Virus record (IMG/VR): IMGVR_UViG_3300044957_001172
Coordinates: 1-60,695 of that record
DNA: 60,695 bases
Origin: a virus
Lineage: Duplodnaviria; Caudoviricetes
Strand: one strand, 5' to 3'
The position numbers and the translations under genes were made by a program. Of the stretch, positions 13,801 to 22,190 are shown in pieces. The notes below the pieces were generated by a model. It made no database searches. It had not been told where the DNA came from and saw only the letters and a list, made by a program, of their open reading frames with translations. Position 1 is the first letter of the stretch. Each line of letters begins with the position of its first letter.

Positions 13801-16800
13801 CTTCCTTTCCACCTATAGTTAAATTAGGACTGCTATTAGTAATAATAGGCTTATATATAGTAAACCAAGGATAAGATCTATCATAACCTTTTAATATGAA
13901 TTTATTACCCGTTATTTCAATAATAATACCACTTATTCTTGCCAATCTAATGGGAGCACCTGTATATAAAATTAGATTATAATCTTCAGGAGGAAGAAAT
14001 AAACCAGGACTTGTTGAATCTGGATCCACTGCATTTATTTTAATTTTTAACTTATCCTTACTGGTAAATCCTCCAAGAGGATAAAATAAATTCATGTCAA
14101 AATATTTTAGGTCATCATGTAAAATTTTTAAATAATTTGGATTTTTATTCTTACCGTATTCTGTTATAAAATTTATAAGACCTGCTGTTTGTTCTGTATT
14201 ATAACCTTCAATAAGCATCTTTCTAGGATCTAAATATAAATTATCTTCAGTATAAATTAATTGTTGTACTATGTTTCTACGAATTCTACTTGTATCAAAA
14301 TACGGTCCGATCATTTTAGCAGGAGATAACAAAATAACTGCTATAGTATTAGCGAATGGAAACTCAGACGAATTTCTCCAGGTTACTTCAACAGGACTAT
14401 AATCGCCAAATTCCCAATCTGATTTTTTATCGTTTAAAGTGTTTTCTCCTAGTATTCCAAATTCTTGCGGATTTCTTAGATTACCAAATTCATCTACAGG
14501 GCAGTAGGATGTAATATTAGAAATTCTAAAAAACCTATAACTTCCTTCATATTCTCCTTCTCTTATTCTTCCAACAGAAATATCATCCCAAAGTGTTACA
14601 TTCAAAGATGTATATGGTGGTGCACCATAATATTTTTCCCACCAATTTGGTTTAACTGAAAATCCTAAAATTTCCCAAGGATGAGTATTTGGACGATCTG
14701 TATTAAAATAATGAGCATAAAAAAATCTCCATGTTCCCGATGGGTTAAAAGGTTGAAAATCAGGAGGATTATTTATAAGTTGACTATTTTTAAAATTGTA
14801 TGTTTTCCAATCCAAATCATTATAAGACGTATTCTTTAAACTTAAATTATTTTTATAAAGCCATTTATAAAATTCTCTCGCTAAAAGTTGTTCATGAGTA
14901 TATCTATACTGAGAACCCGGTATAATTCTTCTTTTTAAAGAGTTTATAGAAACTTTTCCGTTGTTTACACCGCTTTCTACAGCATTTATATAATTATAAA
15001 ATACCTTTATATTATTGTAAATACGTTTTTCTAATTCAAGTAATGCATCATCTCTAAAGTCGTAAAATGCTTTCGTTAAACTACCATCGTGACCTTGAAT
15101 CATTTTTACAGGAGATCCTGCATACCTGTCATCTAAAAATATTTTAGGTTCATACTTAGGATAGATTCCTAATTTACTAGGAGTAGATGGAATATAACAA
15201 CCTAGAGTATTTTGATAAACATGTAATTCTATTATATCACCTACAACCAAAGGTGTAATAAATTTAACACTATCATTGTCTGTATCAAATTCATAATTGC
15301 AATGATGTAACTGTTGAACTTTATTCCTATATACTAGAACTGATGTATAACTTAGATAATTTAAATTAAAAGCCATTCCTAAGGGAAATTGCACATTAGA
15401 TAAGCTTGTCACTGAAATTTTTCTTACTTTCTTATTTTTTCCAAAAGCAATCATATCTGACCTGTAAAATAAATCTGAAGGCTTAAAGTTTTGATTTATT
15501 TCATCAAGTACTTCATCAACTAATTCAACAACATTATTTTGATAAGATAATTTAGCAATTGAATTTAAAAATTTTTGTTTAAATTGTGTATATTCATTTG
15601 AAACGAAGCGAATTGCATCTATAACATTGTGTTTTGCATTTCCTAAAAATATCAATGCGAAAGCTATAGGATGTTCGTGTTGCAATATTTTTGATGGTTC
15701 TATTTCAATGTTTGGTAAATCTCTTAAATTACTGCTGCCTGGAAACTGCCCAACAAACTTGTCAAATCTTTGCATTTCTAACATAGAACTTACATTATCT
15801 GTAAGTTGAGCAAGAGTAAGATTAGAAACGATATCATTTAATGGATTAGATGCTAACCCAACTGGCATAGAATAATATAAATTTGGATTGAATGGAAATT
15901 TGATTGATGCAGGAAATCCTCTATATTTTAGTCCTACATATGATCCTCGTGTAACGGTATTAGCAAATGTAAAAATTAATTTGTTATCAATTATTTGATT
16001 TTTTGTGTTTACGGTGACTCCGTTGACAACCGCACTATGGAAAGGCGTTGCAAAAGTAGGCTCAAAAGGATACAATAGTGTCATTTCTAACGTTGTTGTA
16101 TTTTCAGTAACAAAAATTTCTTGAGTAATAGGTACAAAGGATGTATAAAATTTAGTATTATTCCAAACATTTTCCAATCTATTAGCTCTTTTTAAATAAC
16201 CTGAACTAACTTTTTTAATTTTCGTCTGCTGATTTTCTATAGATGTAAATGTTTCTATATCAAAATAATTAGTAAATTGATAACTTCCAATACCTATAAA
16301 ATTGCCATTTTGCTTAATACTGAATCCTAATATTTCATCAACTATGCCATCTCCTAATGCATAACCAAATATTTTAGTTCCATTAAAATTATTTTTATTA
16401 TCTTGTTCGCTGTAACTTTTTCCGTTATCATCAAATATATCAAATAAAGGAGGTTGATTATGTTTAAAGTGTTGTTGAGATAATTTCCAAATTTGAAATT
16501 CCGCATCGTAATAAAGACTTTTACCTCCGTAAAAAATGCCCTCATTTACTGAAATAGAATCGGAATTTTTTGCTCTTGATGAAACATCTTCTACCAGACT
16601 TATTTGATTAGTCCCTGAGTTTATATTAACCTTATAAACACGATTTCTAATAAATTTATCATAAGAATTATTAAATATTACTCGTATCCCTGCACTAACT
16701 AATACACCGTCTATATAATAACCTATTGATCCTTGGATATTTACAAAAGGATATTCAGTTGAATTATCTAACAAATCAATATTATTAATTCCATTCTCAC

Positions 16801-17740
16801 CAAAATTAAATAATTTAATATCTGCGTTAAATTCAATTATAGGACGTTTAGCTCTATTTTTAAAATCATATTTTAATTCTGTTTTATTGATTACCGAAGT
16901 TAGTCTAATTATTTCTGAATGAAACCAACGATTATATCTTGACCAAGGATTTAAATCTCTACTTGCCCTGTTTATAGTTATATAATCGTGAATCAATGGT
17001 AACGGTTTATCTGAATCAAAAGAAATTGTATCAAAATCAGTATTATCAAACATTTCATTAAAAATAGTACACAAATTTTGATTTGGAACTAACGACAAAA
17101 AAGGCACAAGAATAATTCCAATTCCTACACCTTCTACAATATATTCTGTGTTAGAAAAAATAATATTTGAACCAGAAGATAATTCTATAGGAAAAGTCAC
17201 TTTCATTCCATTACTAAATGCATAACCATTTGGCATAGTGTAACTTGGCATACCAACAATTAAATTGTAAATATTTGTAAAAGTATTCACAACTATAGGA
17301 TCTGGACCATCTGGTAACCAATAGTATTGATCGTAATTTACTAACATATCCCATACAATTTTAGGGTTAAAAGTATAGCTATTAGTATCAAATAATCTAT
17401 CTATATTTGGTAATGATTCTTCGTCATTTGTATAGGCTTCTTCTGCGATCAATGTTCCGATTAAATCATTAAAACTTACAACATGTTCAATTTCACCTTT
17501 TTCGTTTCTAAAAACTCCTGCAGGCGATAATTGATTTACTTTCCTTATAGGAATCGATTCAGAAATATATGTATCATCTACTGGATTATAATTAGGAATT
17601 AGCTTACTACCAACATATCCATCAATTCTTTCTAACTCAGGATTGCTTAAGAATTGATCTAATGTATTAGATAAAAATTTATCATTTTTAGCAGATTTAA
17701 AATATTCTGGTAAAAAATTAATTGATTTTTTTTCTATCAT
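4889..17740 (-). CDS. Giant baseplate wedge protein (gp7-like position), multidomain
   Basis: 4283-aa ORF right after the gp6-like gene; FG-x-x-(I/V)-A propeller-like repeats, (I/V)-x-x-x-G-x-GY repeats, KPYHTKIR motif. Confidence 0.65.
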   Translation of the reverse strand: MIEKKSINFLPEYFKSAKNDKFLSNTLDQFLSNPELERIDGYVGSKLIPNYNPVDDTYISESIPIRKVNQLSPAGVFRNEKGEIEHVVSFNDLIGTLIAEEAYTNDEESLPNIDRLFDTNSYTFNPKIVWDMLVNYDQYYWLPDGPDPIVVNTFTNIYNLIVGMPSYTMPNGYAFSNGMKVTFPIELSSGSNIIFSNTEYIVEGVGIGIILVPFLSLVPNQNLCTIFNEMFDNTDFDTISFDSDKPLPLIHDYITINRASRDLNPWSRYNRWFHSEIIRLTSVINKTELKYDFKNRAKRPIIEFNADIKLFNFGENGINNIDLLDNSTEYPFVNIQGSIGYYIDGVLVSAGIRVIFNNSYDKFIRNRVYKVNINSGTNQISLVEDVSSRAKNSDSISVNEGIFYGGKSLYYDAEFQIWKLSQQHFKHNQPPLFDIFDDNGKSYSEQDNKNNFNGTKIFGYALGDGIVDEILGFSIKQNGNFIGIGSYQFTNYFDIETFTSIENQQTKIKKVSSGYLKRANRLENVWNNTKFYTSFVPITQEIFVTENTTTLEMTLLYPFEPTFATPFHSAVVNGVTVNTKNQIIDNKLIFTFANTVTRGSYVGLKYRGFPASIKFPFNPNLYYSMPVGLASNPLNDIVSNLTLAQLTDNVSSMLEMQRFDKFVGQFPGSSNLRDLPNIEIEPSKILQHEHPIAFALIFLGNAKHNVIDAIRFVSNEYTQFKQKFLNSIAKLSYQNNVVELVDEVLDEINQNFKPSDLFYRSDMIAFGKNKKVRKISVTSLSNVQFPLGMAFNLNYLSYTSVLVYRNKVQQLHHCNYEFDTDNDSVKFITPLVVGDIIELHVYQNTLGCYIPSTPSKLGIYPKYEPKIFLDDRYAGSPVKMIQGHDGSLTKAFYDFRDDALLELEKRIYNNIKVFYNYINAVESGVNNGKVSINSLKRRIIPGSQYRYTHEQLLAREFYKWLYKNNLSLKNTSYNDLDWKTYNFKNSQLINNPPDFQPFNPSGTWRFFYAHYFNTDRPNTHPWEILGFSVKPNWWEKYYGAPPYTSLNVTLWDDISVGRIREGEYEGSYRFFRISNITSYCPVDEFGNLRNPQEFGILGENTLNDKKSDWEFGDYSPVEVTWRNSSEFPFANTIAVILLSPAKMIGPYFDTSRIRRNIVQQLIYTEDNLYLDPRKMLIEGYNTEQTAGLINFITEYGKNKNPNYLKILHDDLKYFDMNLFYPLGGFTSKDKLKIKINAVDPDSTSPGLFLPPEDYNLILYTGAPIRLARISGIIIEITGNKFILKGYDRSYPWFTIYKPIITNSSPNLTIGGKEETYVTWQPYYGDANNGLNSIDITNTSAKFYRQGQIVYHNQFYYRVSISHSATRTFDDSYFIRLPSLPTFGGVKVLIPTSYERQVTRINYGNEYSDIQEVFNIILGYGNWLEEQGFVFDEYNQELNETLDWLYSGKEFLFWTTHKWAEGNVITISPFADKLKFSYPYGIVKEINVYDKYFLLKADGQNLPIENIDIIRTKEVTILSTKNTEDGLFFAVLEIIQKEHGIVLNNTTIFNDTIFEPASGYKQERIKLIGFRTKFWNGDIVSPGFVFDNVKVVDWEPFRRYYPSQVVQFRGKYYSANLLIVNEKNFDFAKYTQLDNKPQKKLITNFEYRINQFDDFYSLDIDNFDIEQQQLAKHLVGFSSRNYLDKLIPDETAQYKFFQGFIKEKGIKKSIDKIVKYNKSILTGIELKEEWAFRIGTFGIGKTFKELEFVLEEAIEIENPFIVTLSSTNTTSSVIHYITKNEILIEPEEFVIDKAFTTIDGTYDTNNLKLLHAGYVRIDDVTATAYNKNSLLDIANNSLIQEGNTVWLGFKENGDWDVYRYSKKICKIKGVFVSGPGQEITFVTDISHNLQIGDIISVTRFSTQVDGVYIVKSIPKNTHFIVSSTLVGIVNEVLQYYGSIFVFQSVRFTNADALAENRELIFYDEGTKIWIDNDIDKKWMVLNKTNNYYSPKEYTFGNIPVYQSLGSAMYISKHTKTVLISSPNYFPQRFFNVQYGNVKVGTIDVNEDLKFYFDYSLNLNSGLDYVYCQPNVPTEFGHSLAYDIGKDLFIAGAPRATKVRASNTATVLAPLANNTFTARTYINEGLVKVSTRNVSNTKENTKFVLAQVFGPNLDNTRFGQSVYVNQVAKTTATTLLVGAPTGIGSGTVFAYKINPDLSITAFNTSAIQSINLITQPVSSSSIVYVRIAGPNQVGGSSATAVAVKVGLTVTNIIVTNRGSGYSYPPIISFTATSFVTIGVATATIGFVKLVGTSSITLNQQAEFGAKIAGDFAGLNLAVGAKKQNFDNGYLGVIQIFDQNLYWKQTLYSPFKKNENFGHDIEVSSSGKFLIASSINASTDYNTYGRIAVYKKNESDAYELSQFIDNPLENTDLIFGQDISINESEDILAVSSLGTNRSLSVRFFQNIKQFRGETIFDNNETTFITKVEDAGAVYTFNRFGDKFIQAQELLAKSMVIGSQYGKAIAVSDKNILVGAPFNNSIFTSIDKSRFFQFKRIDNKSLSWKKFRYQDNLVDTDNFQKLSLINKENLEVVEYLDIVDPLKGKIIGLAEQELRYKAIVDPAIYSIGIDGLSVDTNKNWLDDQVGFLWWDLSTTKFVWYEQGDEIFRKNNWGKLFPGASIDVYEWVKSSYLPNEWASLADTNQGLTRGISGQPKFPDNSVISVKQVFNSVTGVFENVYYYWVKNKSVLPNIRTRKISAAQVAQLISDPIGNDTKFAQILSKNSIALANIQGLLSGSDIGLNVQFDSNPNDLNHTEWILLSENDSTSMPTELLNKKLIDSLLGRDEIGNKVPDRTLNARNRYGLSIRPRQTIFRNRFEALRNLFDYVNNLLAGIPITGNYNFENLIKLDPIPVESSGEYDFIVDDLDQLQEVEFTEFIAATATCVINNGKIVSVAVTNRGKGYKFPPKIEIIANKEHTAIIKSVINDKGQIIGTIIENSGNNFESNPKIFIRPHAAIVTSDINSNQRWALYYFNYNFNIWNKQKTQLYNTPMYWDYKDYKSSLFQELKSVNYIVNNVFELNSLSNLLVGDYIKVTNVGDGRLVILEYIGPVGGNFDLNYNLVFAERGTLQFKSALYDINQGRYAYDSLTLDETLFDQLPDFELKNILNALKNDIFTDELKIYWNKFFFQAVKYAFTEQKHIDWAFKTSFVNVKASIAELDQYSAFRVDSSQYIEEYIKEIKPYHTKIRNFLSGYEKLDLAELNVTDFDLPAYYNYNNQRFESVEIPTAINGLNLTTETSILLNKFPYTYWFSNYRYYVKEVVISDGGAGYNQRPNVVFSYENSAETRSPAAQAYIRNGQVFKIVVTDPGANIIGNFGNNESIHVDLVGGGSVSKLAKASVILANDTTRKNVIAIKFDRYSKNSELGNKIVTYTTITDGYSTSFELPFLANNDKTTIIPTLNKKLIYQTSYDILNFADNTKINKNKSSFVFKNIIPQKNSELKIIFEKNINLFNAIDRIENYYVPNGNMPGKNLKLLMYGMEYPGNLIQTLGFAYSTPLLDSTATNLNIFDNGEGFNNFVDYYSKNKLIHGIDRNSTSLVMSSVLGIVPGQTLNYLHVSNLTSGPVFRTDTIVQSVITAQNRVILSSPNYTIRSAVSTSTAVGSQIRIETKSPFFGTLRIGDVLEISGIETSQFNQINTITNIESNSSFFILSNQILPFTISTCTNTSSFRVYSILQPISVNNNVLDSFDFNVGECIIPDLKIYTSATIITESYTATFIVTGDNVNFGLGRTFGYAIIPLDPVNAVIPQEFESGLNIQISNSVTSLPLSFNITTLDNVNLSVGTYKPFRVNLYSYITSATVNINPVASVDLYLTSLPITNPGYQAATYKMDLKDYLGNKMTQVSEGDIVYAVVTATTASNVVFGAYGRVFRLAVTGTNITQNDIIYSQISPDIIVEKPDDFPITFRVQMFEDYTTEGLEELFLNLGTFLLYTENSFASYVATKSIYILDTSITGEFTYQLFSTATTIYEGTTTTIFLKTINLPVGTQIPWTLTSVVGSLNYNDILINDAPTLSLTGTFTLVDGAPDYIGYQIGYVKLGALVDVSSEGYESFETWRLSLINLPYYIDINVRDSIVANYGNKNLWSYAYAANKAFTRVKITTTGNFEFDISPFGSTPSVKPVSAAEIYSLNPVGLGNLFVRATIEPTDSLWQGNIKITGPGIATAITATDVLTNGFNPIKGSWVTILTAASYVNVNGEAGWYAEGSFNTDTNSVAIGGFNLIIDISTSSEGPIVVSGLYRCRVSSIGTII

Positions 17741-17742
17741 GA

Positions 17743-20700
17743 TTAATAATAAGGGCTTGGGCTTGGGCCTGGGCTTGGGCTTGGGCCTGGGCTTGGGCTT
17801 GGGCCTGGGCTTGGGCTTGGGCTTGGGCCTGGGCTTGGGCTTGGGCTTGGGCTTGGGCTTGGGCTTGGGCTTGGGCTTGGGCTTGGCGTTGCCATAGGTG
17901 TTAGCGTAGGTGAATAATACGGGCTGGATGGACTAGATCCTCCTAATGTAGGTGTACCTGATGTTGTCTTGGTTCTTTGTGATAAGGATGACAGTCCGCC
18001 ATAAGTAGATGTTATTACAAGTTGATTTGATTTTAGTTGAGAAGAAGTTACTCCGCTTATTATCTCTATATTCTCTATAGTTGTCCCATTTATAAAAATT
18101 TCGTCAGGCAGTGATTTAATTTCATATAGACTTCCAAATCCTAAATTTAAGATAGGAACAATTATGAAATTAACAATATCTTCATTTAATTCATTCATTA
18201 CATATGTAGATAATGCAGAAAAGTAAAAAGTTTGACCAAATTCCCAATTCTCTATTGAAAAATATTGATCAATAGCCAAAAGTATTCTAGATTTTAGGTT
18301 ATTATCATTTGTAACTCTACTTGAATTTCTAACCGCTTTAAAAATTGCCTGCAATTTTAAATCTGCTTTATTTCCAAATAGAATTTTATATTTTACTGGA
18401 TGAAAAATTAATTCATCACTTATTGATTTTATATTATCTAAATATTCTTTATAGTTCTGTTCAAGGATAGCAATTGATGGTACCTTAGGTTCAACTAATG
18501 ATATATCTTTTAGATAATTCAAATATTCAATATGATAATTACTATTTAAAATATAAATGTCAATTATATTTGTTTTACTAGGATCAACACGATATTGTGT
18601 GCCACTATTGTGAACATAATGAAATTTTAAATTACTTCTTCCTTGTCTAGCATAATATTCATCGGTAAACACTAACTTTGACAATGGCAACGACCATCTT
18701 GAAACAATCCCTAATTCAACGATATAAAATAACTTTTGTTCAATTTTTTGAGATTCTTGTATAGAAGTTAATTTGTCTAGTATTGTAATACTATCTGATG
18801 TTATCCTATATTCTGTGGTGTCTTTGAATCTCTTAAAAAATACAAAATTTTTTCCTACGATGTCTGTAAAGGAATCAGGATCAAAATTTGTATTTTGATT
18901 ATCTGTATAAATGTTTATTTTTACTCTGTTTGGATAAGTATATCCATCTGACTCGATTATAGATCCGTCTATTTGCCACTTTCTGTCAAATGCTAATGGT
19001 ATTGCAGAAACATTTGTTGCCTTAGGTGACAAATTGGAAGCTAGAATATCAATTCTATCTTTAATAACTTTATTAGTTGAATAGTCATAATTTTTTTGAG
19101 AAGGCTCTAAGAAAAAGCTGGTTTCTTTTTCGCTTTCAAAAATAAAGTTTAATATTCTATATCTTACAGTGTATCCAGTTCCTGTCCAAACAAACCCTAT
19201 TAACCAACTGGCATCTAAATTTTGATCATTTACATTTTCTTGAAAATTTAAATTGAAATTGCCTAGTAAATCGATATTTGAATTAGTGATAATATCCCAC
19301 AAACGTGTTTCATTGTTAATTGTTAATCCAAAATTTTTAAATAAGTTACATTGAACACTGATTTCATTTTCTAAATCAAATGGTAATACAGAATTGTAAG
19401 AAGGCACTATCTCAGCAGGTATAGCTCCATCCGGTATATTAACATCAAAAATTATTGGACCTGTATTATCATCTAATAAAGTTGCTCCGTTTCCGTTAAT
19501 TTTAATCACACTTGTCCAAATATAAAATTTACCTCCAAGAGGTAATTCATAAAATATTTCAGCTCCTGTGAACCCTGTTATAACTTGATTGACAGTTAAA
19601 AAATTTTTTTCCTTTGTTTTAGATCTATAGTAATCTAAATTATCTTGAGCAATCGCATTGAAAAAAAATGTTCTTGCATTAATATCATCTATAACTGCAT
19701 TAGCATTTAAAGCTGCATCTACCCAAAACTTTAATCCTGCATAATCAGGATCTCTATAAAGACCATAACGTATTTCATTAGCAATTACAAAAGGCAAATT
19801 GCTGGTGTAAAGAGGTAATAATTCTAAAGTTTTAACATAATAGTCTTGAAAACTATAAGTTCCTTTAGCAGCTTCAACAAATTTTATTAATTCAAATCCA
19901 AGAGTATCCTGAATAGGAATTATTTGTATATTATTATCCTTATCAAAATATTTACCTTCAGGTGCAACAAATTTAACAAGGCTACCTACAGATATATATC
20001 TAAGATCGTTATCTGTTAAATCATATCCTACAACATAATTTCCTGTTTCGTTATAAAAATATCCTCTACTTTCACTACTATATCTATTTACTGCTTTGTA
20101 AAATAATCTGTAAGAACTAATCGAAATTCTACTAAATTTTTCATAGTAAAACGATTTCATTTCTGTGCTTGCTACAATTTTTGCTATAGAAGTTTTTACT
20201 GAATTTAACACCTGCAATCTATTTGAAAATGAAAAATTTATTGTTTCTTCATTTTCTTCTTTAAACAAAATTCCATCAGAGCCAAAAACATTTGTTTTGC
20301 CATAGTAACCAGATACATCGCTCAAATCAAAATTTCTACTTATGCCACTACTGGTTCTGTTAATACTTTTTGCTTTTAAAATATCAGACCCTGCATTTAT
20401 AGGTCCAATATTATAATCTTCCCCAGTAATCATCCTATTTTGTAGATAATAATTTTGAGGAGCCTTTAATTGTATATCTGCAATGCTTTCTGATTCCCTA
20501 GCATTACTAACAACGTACTGCAAACTTAAGGTAAGTTGTAATGTATTAGGTTGGTTACTTTTATTAATATATGGAACATTTATTATTATTCCGCTCAATT
20601 GATCAGGTGTAATAGAGTAGCTTAGACCATTACTTTGTCTATAAAATAATTTAAATTGACCTTTTGGTAGATTACCAAAAACACCGTCAGCAAAATTTAA

Positions 20701-21711
20701 ATCAATCTGATCATTGGCTCTAGACCTTACAGAATATATAGATTTTATATTTTTAAAAACACTATTATAAATTACATTATTTCCAATAACAGCTTCAATT
20801 TTTGTCCATAATGTTGAATACCCGCCATCGCTATCTAGTTGCCATAGCCATACATCAGAATCATTTATATTAGGAGTATTAACGCCTATTATTTCATTTG
20901 GTAACGGATTATTAACACTAAAACTGCTTACATTTAGTGTACCTTGTTTAAAATGAAAGAAAAATCCTGTGTTAGGACTAGCACTTCCTCTATTGTCATT
21001 TTGGTATAAAAATGATAAAGGATTCAAAGGTTTAGGAGGTAACTCATAAACATAATCTTTATCCTGAAAGGTACAACTTATGATATCAAAAGACATGTTA
21101 GTACCATCAATAGACGTTCCAAAATTGAATATAGGAACGTCTTCATTATCAGTATTAATTACATAAAGTTCGTTAACTATTCCATCTATAACTTTTCTAG
21201 CACTTGATCTTCCAAAATTTGAAGTCATGGCAGAATTCAAGATAGTTAAAAACTGCTGATACCATTGTGTATTATTAAAATCATTCCAATTAATTGTTGT
21301 ATTTGCCAGGTTATTTCCATTAAGATCTAACACGCTGTCTGTGGTAGAAATACTTATAACCTTTAAAAATCCTTGAGCAGGCACATTTCTTCTAGCATTA
21401 TAACTAATTAATTGTGCTAATCTTAAAACACTGTCCTTACGTTGCGCAGTTTCTAAAAAATTTTCTCTTGCATTAAGATCTAATCTAAAACTTAGATTTT
21501 GTCCTAGATAGGCTATTAAATCGATAAGAGAAACATACTCACTGGATTCTATATAGTCGTTGAAACTTTCAGGATAATTTTCCTGAATATAAGATATCAT
21601 GACTCTCTTTAAAGTATCAAAATCATAACTTTGAAAATCCGCATTTTTAAAAGATTGATAAATTTTTTTCCAATCTTCGCTGGCTAAAATTCTCTTGGTT
21701 GTAGGTATCAT
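17743..21711 (-). CDS. Baseplate wedge subunit, T4 gp6-like
   Basis: N-terminal DFDTLK...YPESFNDYIESS...LIDLIAY...ENFLETAQRKDSVLRLAQLISY; ES..DI..KAP..Y..QNRMITGEDY motif; follows the gp25-like gene. Confidence 0.85.
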   Translation of the reverse strand: MIPTTKRILASEDWKKIYQSFKNADFQSYDFDTLKRVMISYIQENYPESFNDYIESSEYVSLIDLIAYLGQNLSFRLDLNARENFLETAQRKDSVLRLAQLISYNARRNVPAQGFLKVISISTTDSVLDLNGNNLANTTINWNDFNNTQWYQQFLTILNSAMTSNFGRSSARKVIDGIVNELYVINTDNEDVPIFNFGTSIDGTNMSFDIISCTFQDKDYVYELPPKPLNPLSFLYQNDNRGSASPNTGFFFHFKQGTLNVSSFSVNNPLPNEIIGVNTPNINDSDVWLWQLDSDGGYSTLWTKIEAVIGNNVIYNSVFKNIKSIYSVRSRANDQIDLNFADGVFGNLPKGQFKLFYRQSNGLSYSITPDQLSGIIINVPYINKSNQPNTLQLTLSLQYVVSNARESESIADIQLKAPQNYYLQNRMITGEDYNIGPINAGSDILKAKSINRTSSGISRNFDLSDVSGYYGKTNVFGSDGILFKEENEETINFSFSNRLQVLNSVKTSIAKIVASTEMKSFYYEKFSRISISSYRLFYKAVNRYSSESRGYFYNETGNYVVGYDLTDNDLRYISVGSLVKFVAPEGKYFDKDNNIQIIPIQDTLGFELIKFVEAAKGTYSFQDYYVKTLELLPLYTSNLPFVIANEIRYGLYRDPDYAGLKFWVDAALNANAVIDDINARTFFFNAIAQDNLDYYRSKTKEKNFLTVNQVITGFTGAEIFYELPLGGKFYIWTSVIKINGNGATLLDDNTGPIIFDVNIPDGAIPAEIVPSYNSVLPFDLENEISVQCNLFKNFGLTINNETRLWDIITNSNIDLLGNFNLNFQENVNDQNLDASWLIGFVWTGTGYTVRYRILNFIFESEKETSFFLEPSQKNYDYSTNKVIKDRIDILASNLSPKATNVSAIPLAFDRKWQIDGSIIESDGYTYPNRVKINIYTDNQNTNFDPDSFTDIVGKNFVFFKRFKDTTEYRITSDSITILDKLTSIQESQKIEQKLFYIVELGIVSRWSLPLSKLVFTDEYYARQGRSNLKFHYVHNSGTQYRVDPSKTNIIDIYILNSNYHIEYLNYLKDISLVEPKVPSIAILEQNYKEYLDNIKSISDELIFHPVKYKILFGNKADLKLQAIFKAVRNSSRVTNDNNLKSRILLAIDQYFSIENWEFGQTFYFSALSTYVMNELNEDIVNFIIVPILNLGFGSLYEIKSLPDEIFINGTTIENIEIISGVTSSQLKSNQLVITSTYGGLSSLSQRTKTTSGTPTLGGSSPSSPYYSPTLTPMATPSPSPSPSPSPSPSPSPSPGPSPSPSPGPSPSPGPSPSPGPSPSPYY
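17753..17884 (+). repeat. Hexamer tandem repeat (GGGCTT x18, GGGCCT x4) encoding a (Ser/Gly-Pro)n tail
   Basis: 22 contiguous 6-nt units read directly from the sequence. Confidence 0.95.
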
Positions 21712-21716
21712 AAGTC

Positions 21717-21722
21717 TATTTA
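21717..21722 (-). promoter_or_regulatory. Late promoter core TAAATA, 5 nt before the gp6-like ATG
   Basis: Minus strand AATAAATA-GACTT-ATG; no Shine-Dalgarno. Confidence 0.55.
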
Positions 21723-21742
21723 TTTTACAATAAAGTACTATT

Positions 21743-22180
21743 TTATTGAACGAGAGAGCCTATTTTTTGATCAAATGCCAAACGGAGGGTAGATGTTTCA
21801 TTAGTTTCTTTTAACATTAAAGTTATTTCCACTAGATAACCTTGATCATATTCATTAATTAAAATTTCTATAGGAATCACTCTTGAATCAAAACTACATA
21901 TTTCTGTTATATCAGCAGAAAGTAATTCGCGTATTTGAGGTGTTAAAGGTTCCATAATTAGGTCCCAGATTATGCTACCAAATGATGGATTCATTAATCT
22001 TTCACCCTTTCTTGTGTTGAAATGGTTTAAAATATCTTGCTTGATTAGATCAAAATCAAAAATTTTACTAGACAGCTTTGTGTTATCTAAAGAACTAAAT
22101 CCCTTGTAAATCTTAGATTTATTTTGAAGATTAACAATAGCATTGCCTTTACCAGTAATTTCTATATTTTTGTAGGGCAT
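21743..22180 (-). CDS. Baseplate wedge subunit, T4 gp25-like
   Basis: DLIKQDILNHFNTRKGERLMNPSFGSIIWDLIMEP is the GPW/gp25 signature. Confidence 0.9.
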   Translation of the reverse strand: MPYKNIEITGKGNAIVNLQNKSKIYKGFSSLDNTKLSSKIFDFDLIKQDILNHFNTRKGERLMNPSFGSIIWDLIMEPLTPQIRELLSADITEICSFDSRVIPIEILINEYDQGYLVEITLMLKETNETSTLRLAFDQKIGSLVQ

Positions 22181-22184
22181 AACT

Positions 22185-22190
22185 TATTTA
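22185..22190 (-). promoter_or_regulatory. Late promoter core TAAATA, 4 nt before the gp25-like ATG
   Basis: Minus strand CATAAATA-AGTT-ATG; the TAA is also the upstream stop codon. Confidence 0.45.
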
